Below are positions 59,916-64,000 of a DNA stretch of 64,000 bases, piece by piece (position 1 is the stretch's first letter; every line of letters starts with the position of its first letter). A program made the position numbers and the translations under genes. The stretch lies in assembly GCF_009914755.1 (NCBI RefSeq), contig NC_060938.1; one strand, given 5' to 3'. The notes beneath the pieces are model-generated. The model made no database searches and had not been told where the DNA came from. It saw only the letters and a program-made list of their open reading frames with translations. Source of the DNA: the human T2T-CHM13v2.0 reference genome, Homo sapiens.

Positions 59916-59939
59916 TAGATAGATGGATGAAAGATAGAT

Positions 59940-59986
<47 letters not shown>
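59916..59986. repeat. (GATA)n tetranucleotide STR
   Basis: About 11 perfect GATA units plus a degenerate left flank. Confidence 0.95.
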
Positions 59987-60028
59987 CCAACTATTCCAAG
60001 ATTCTAGAAATCTAGTCTGTAATCTCCA

Positions 60029-60102
60029 TGTCTAGTCCAACATCATAACCTCAGCTCCTAGCACAATGCAAGCAGGCTGAGGTTATGGTGTTAGACTAGA
60101 CA
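60029..60102. repeat. 27-bp imperfect inverted repeat with a 20-nt loop
   Basis: tgtctagtccaacatcataacctcagc / gctgaggttatggtgttagactagaca (25 of 27 Watson-Crick pairs). Confidence 0.95.
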
Positions 60103-60365
60103 GAAATGGATATCAGCACATTACAAAGGTTGTTGATTAAGCCTTGACTTTGATCCTCAAGAAGGTAGATTTGATAAGTTATAACTCATAGAAGATTATT
60201 TTTTCATTTGTTTTCTAGTATTTGCTAACCCCTTCAATAAGGACACATGTAGAAGAAATTGAATTTGCAGTTGATTTTCGTGGTACAAAACATCTGAAGT
60301 AGAGAAAAGGATGGCCACATGGCAACAGAGAACTTCAGTGTTACCAGCTAACCCTAAACATAGTC

Positions 60366-60759
60366 TGATATGGTTTGGACATTAGTCCTCCCTAAATCTC
60401 ATGCTGAAATGTAATCCCCAACATTGGAGGTGGGGCCTGGTGGGAGGTGTTTGGGCCATGGGGGTGGGTCCCCCATGGCTTGGTGCTGTCCTCACTATAG
60501 TGAGTTCTCATGAAAGCTGGTTGTTTAGAAATGTGTGGCACCTCCCCATCCCTTGCTCCTGCTCTCGCCATGTGACATGGTTGCTCCTGCTTCACTCTCC
60601 TCCATGAGAAAACTCCCTGAGGCCTCCCCAGAAACCAAGCAGATGCCCGGTGTCATATTGTACAGCCTGCAGAAATGTAAGCCAATTAAAACTCTTTTCT
60701 TTGTAAATTACTCAGCCTCGAGTACTCTTTTTGTAGCAATGTGAAAACAGCCTATCACA
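60366..60759 (+). mobile_element. MSTA/MSTB MaLR solo LTR
   Basis: tgatatggtttgg start, ...aca end; TSD tagtc/gagtc. Confidence 0.88.
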
Positions 60760-61103
60760 GAGTCCATCTAAATACAGTTCTTCAATCCCAAATTCAACCA
60801 TCCTGGGAGGTCATCATGATCTTAATGGTGAATGATATAAAATGTTCAGGGATACCCAGCACTCTGTGAGCAGTCTATGGGGTTCTGGGATTGCTTCTGC
60901 ACCATTGGGTCAACTCAGGAAGATAAACATGGAAACAGAAACCTTTCTGCCCAGCTGAGATTCAAATTTATTGAGCTCACATACCCAGGGCTCCCTTGGT
61001 CAAAAGGATGCAACACTGAATGAAATAACAACATGGCGTCTGGCCAAAATAGTCCTATAACCTAATCATTGACACCTTTCTGGGGTAACTTTGATTATAC
61101 AGG

Positions 61104-61449
61104 TGTATTAGTTCTTTTTCACACTGCTGATAAAGACATACCTGAGATTGGGCAATTTACAGAAGAAAGAGGTTTATTGGACTTACAGTTCCACGTGGCT
61201 GGGGAGGCCTCACAATTATGGTGGAAGGTGAAAGGCACATCTCACATGGCAGCACACAAGAAACGAGAAGCTCCCTTTTTTAAAACCATCAGATCTCATG
61301 AGACTCGTTCACTATCACAAAAACAGCACAGGAAAGACCCGCCCGCATAATTCAATTACCTCCCACCAGGTTTCTCCCACGACATGTGGGAATTATGGGA
61401 GTTACAATTCAAGATGAGATTTGGGTGGGGACACAGCCAAACCATACCA
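61104..61449 (-). mobile_element. THE1 (THE1B-like) solo LTR
   Basis: tgtattagt...ctgctgataaagacatacctgag...gagatttgggtggggacacagccaaaccata; TSD acagg/aaagg. Confidence 0.92.
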
Positions 61450-61669
61450 AAAGGTAGGGAATGGCATTTTTTTACTGGCCTAGAATATGATCATGGAGAA
61501 CAAGACTTTATAAGTAACAGAGATAAAACTATTGATGTGATGAGTTTGTGCTTTTTGTTATAAATTTTTTATTTCCCCCTCCTACCTTTTTCCTATCATT
61601 CTGGATTCTGCCTCAACTCAACCAAACACAATTATGGAGTAGGAAAATCCAGACCTTCATAAGATCATT

Positions 61670-62130
61670 TAAAAACGTTTATTGAGCACATACTATATTC
61701 CAGTCCTGAAGTTAGATTCTATGGAGATCACAATGAGCAAAACTGACACATTTTCTACCATCATCAGGACTTCAGGTTTGGGAGGGAGATGGTCACCAAT
61801 AAAATAATCCCACAAATCATTATCTAATTGTGAATTGAGAGATGTGTTATGAAGAGCAGGATGCTGTGAAGCACCCAGAGGAAATAATAGGTTGTGCTGA
61901 ATTCTGAAGCATGAGTATCAGTTAATTAGGCAGACGGCACAGAGAAGAACTGGGGCAGGGTTGGGGGACTGGTTCCAGGCAGGTGGATTAGCATGTAGAA
62001 AAGCAGAAACAACTGCAGAGCATCTCAAGAGTGGGAAGAAGGCCAGGATGGTTGAGCCCCAAGCATGATGGAGAGTAGTGAGATGAGGCCACGGAATAAG
62101 GCCACAGGCACAGCAGCAGACCCTTGGACA
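61670..62130 (-). mobile_element. L2 fragment
   Basis: tttattgagcacatactat...ttccaggcaggtggattagcatgtag. Confidence 0.55.
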
Positions 62131-62724
62131 CACGCTGGGGCCCTGAGGATTTTCTCCTCTTGGCTTTTCTTTATCCCCTCACCTAGTATCCTCAGAGCTC
62201 CCCCAAGCTTGCATCCAACTTGGCTTTGCACACTCTCCTCATGAATTTCAAAATCCTCACTCACTCCTCCTCCTCCCCATGAAAACATCCAGGCTCTCAT
62301 CCTGGGCTAGCCTGGGGCAACACTATTTATGAGCTCCTGTCCCTTCCTACTGTCAGTTCTGCCTCCTTGGCCTTGCTGCTTCTTCAGCGTGAAGTGTCTT
62401 GCTATTTTTTACTCCCTCTTGGTTCAAATTTATTCTCAGATCCTTCTTTTGATGATGTATAAATGCCTGGCTAGAGCTTCCTGTGTAATTCTTCCCAAGG
62501 ATATTGGATATTGAAAGGGAAAGCAAGGCTTCTCTGATTTTACAAAAAGGAATCCCCATTCAGGGTCTCCAGAGAATGTATCTTTCAGAAAGCGGGGATA
62601 TTTGTAGACTGACATTCTGGTGCTTTTAAAATCTGCTGTGTAACAACCTACCATTTTTCCCAAACTAAACTTGTCTGGCTCCTAGTAGAAATAGATGAGA
62701 TCATTGCAGCTGCATTCAATAAAC

Positions 62725-62948
62725 CAGTGGTTCTCAAGTGAGGGGAGATTTTTCCCCCAAGAGACTTAAAGTAATATCTGGAGACATTGTTGGTTTTCGC
62801 ATTGGAATGAGATGGTGATGCTACTGGCAGCTAAAGTAGAGGTCAGGGATGCTGCTAAATCCTAAACATCCTCAATGCACAAGACAGTCCCCCAAACAAA
62901 GAATTATCCAGCCCTAATTGTTAATAGTGCCGAGGCTGAAAACCTCTG
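62725..62948. mobile_element. MER20 hAT MITE
   Basis: cagtggttctcaa...gaggtcagggatgctgctaaa...gccgaggctgaaaacctctg; 8-bp TSD caataaac/caataagc. Confidence 0.9.
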
Positions 62949-63369
62949 CAATAAGCCCTTCCAACTTGGATGTCAGTTCAAGGTCTACCCTCCTCAACCC
63001 TGATTAATATTATTCAGTTGCTAACCACCTCCACAATGCACTCACATAATTACTGCATGTATTTGTATATATTTTTGTTGATTATAGGTTTTTCCTTCTT
63101 GTCCCTCCAACTTAGACATTTGAGGTCTTCAAGGAAATAAAACATCCTTTATATATACTTAGTAACCCAGTAAGCCCTGGTTGAGCAGTTGGCATCTGGC
63201 AGTCTTACTCTGTGTTGATAAGGATTATACAGACTGCCAAAAAGTACCAGATCTCCCTTTGGCTTTGCACATTCTCCTTGTATAGGAGATGGGATTGCTG
63301 CAATGGACCCAGGGCTTCTCTGTGTAGGAAGGGACAAGGGAATTAAATAGTAAAGATAGAACTGATCAT

Positions 63370-63680
63370 TCTGTGGTGACAACAATACCAAAATCTCAGT
63401 GACTTTAAAACCACAAGACTTTATTGCTTACACACATAGCCACTGCAGACTAGCAAGGGGTTCTGGTCCTCCTAGTTCAGGGACCCAGGCTCTGTCATCC
63501 CAAGATGGGACTTTGGGGTTTACTTCAGGAGGGAAAGAGACTTTGGAGGATCAGGCCTCACCCCAGAATTGATACAAGCCACTTCTGCTCATGGCCAATA
63601 GGTCAGAAATACCCACACAGCCCCATCTAGCCTAGAAATAACAGCAAGCAGGACTAGGAGTTGTGGAGAGCAAATAGAAT
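63370..63680 (-). mobile_element. MLT1 LTR remnant
   Basis: gtggtgacaacaataccaaaatctcagtgactttaaaaccacaagactttatt...ccacttctgctca. Confidence 0.6.
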
Positions 63681-63689
63681 ATTCACTGA

Positions 63690-63895
63690 GTTCGAAGTCA
63701 GCTTCACCGCTTACAATCTGGGGTAAGCTATTTAACTTCTCTAGGCCTCAGTTTCTTCATCTGTCAAATGGCAATCATAATAAATAGATACTTCAGAGTG
63801 GTTGTGAGGATTAAATGAAATGTTCTATTTACAATCCATGGCACACTTCAGGCATATAGTACAGGCTCAGTAAAGGAAAGCTGCTATTGTTATTA
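63690..63895 (+). mobile_element. MIR
   Basis: ggcctcagtttcttcatctgtcaaatgg...ggttgtgaggattaaatga. Confidence 0.8.
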
Positions 63896-64000
63896 CAATG
63901 ATGACTATAACGATAATGTTGTTGTTCTTGTTCTTTGGGCCAGGAGATCATAAGGCAAAGTAAACCCAAGTAGAGGCTGTGCCCTGACTGGCTTTTTCTC

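Overview
This is CpG-depleted primate genomic DNA, most likely human or great ape (Alu J/S, an L1PA2-type 3'UTR, Hsmar1, THE1/MST). It looks intronic or intergenic. I can support no intact host protein-coding gene, RNA gene or CRISPR array. Every long ORF in the track comes from L1 ORF2, the Hsmar1 transposase, antisense Alu or low-complexity sequence. The window is a layered transposon fossil record: L1 from L1M to L1PA2, Alus with TSDs, an Hsmar1 split by an L1, a Tc1/mariner remnant split by an L1, ERV1/ERVL/MaLR solo LTRs, hAT MITEs and many MIR/L2/CR1 fragments. The most notable items are: (1) an L1PA2 insertion combining a twin-priming inversion with a ~55-bp 3' transduction; (2) a 40-bp tandem hairpin pair whose only two differences are compensatory; (3) two long inverted repeats not explained by repeats I recognise, one pre-miRNA-sized; (4) a diverged ~270-bp direct duplication of apparently unique DNA; (5) a PBX-HOX/MEIS/E-box motif cluster resembling a developmental enhancer. 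I did not find evidence sufficient to claim a new biological system. Repeat subfamily names come from remembered consensus sequences, and boundaries of old repeats are approximate.
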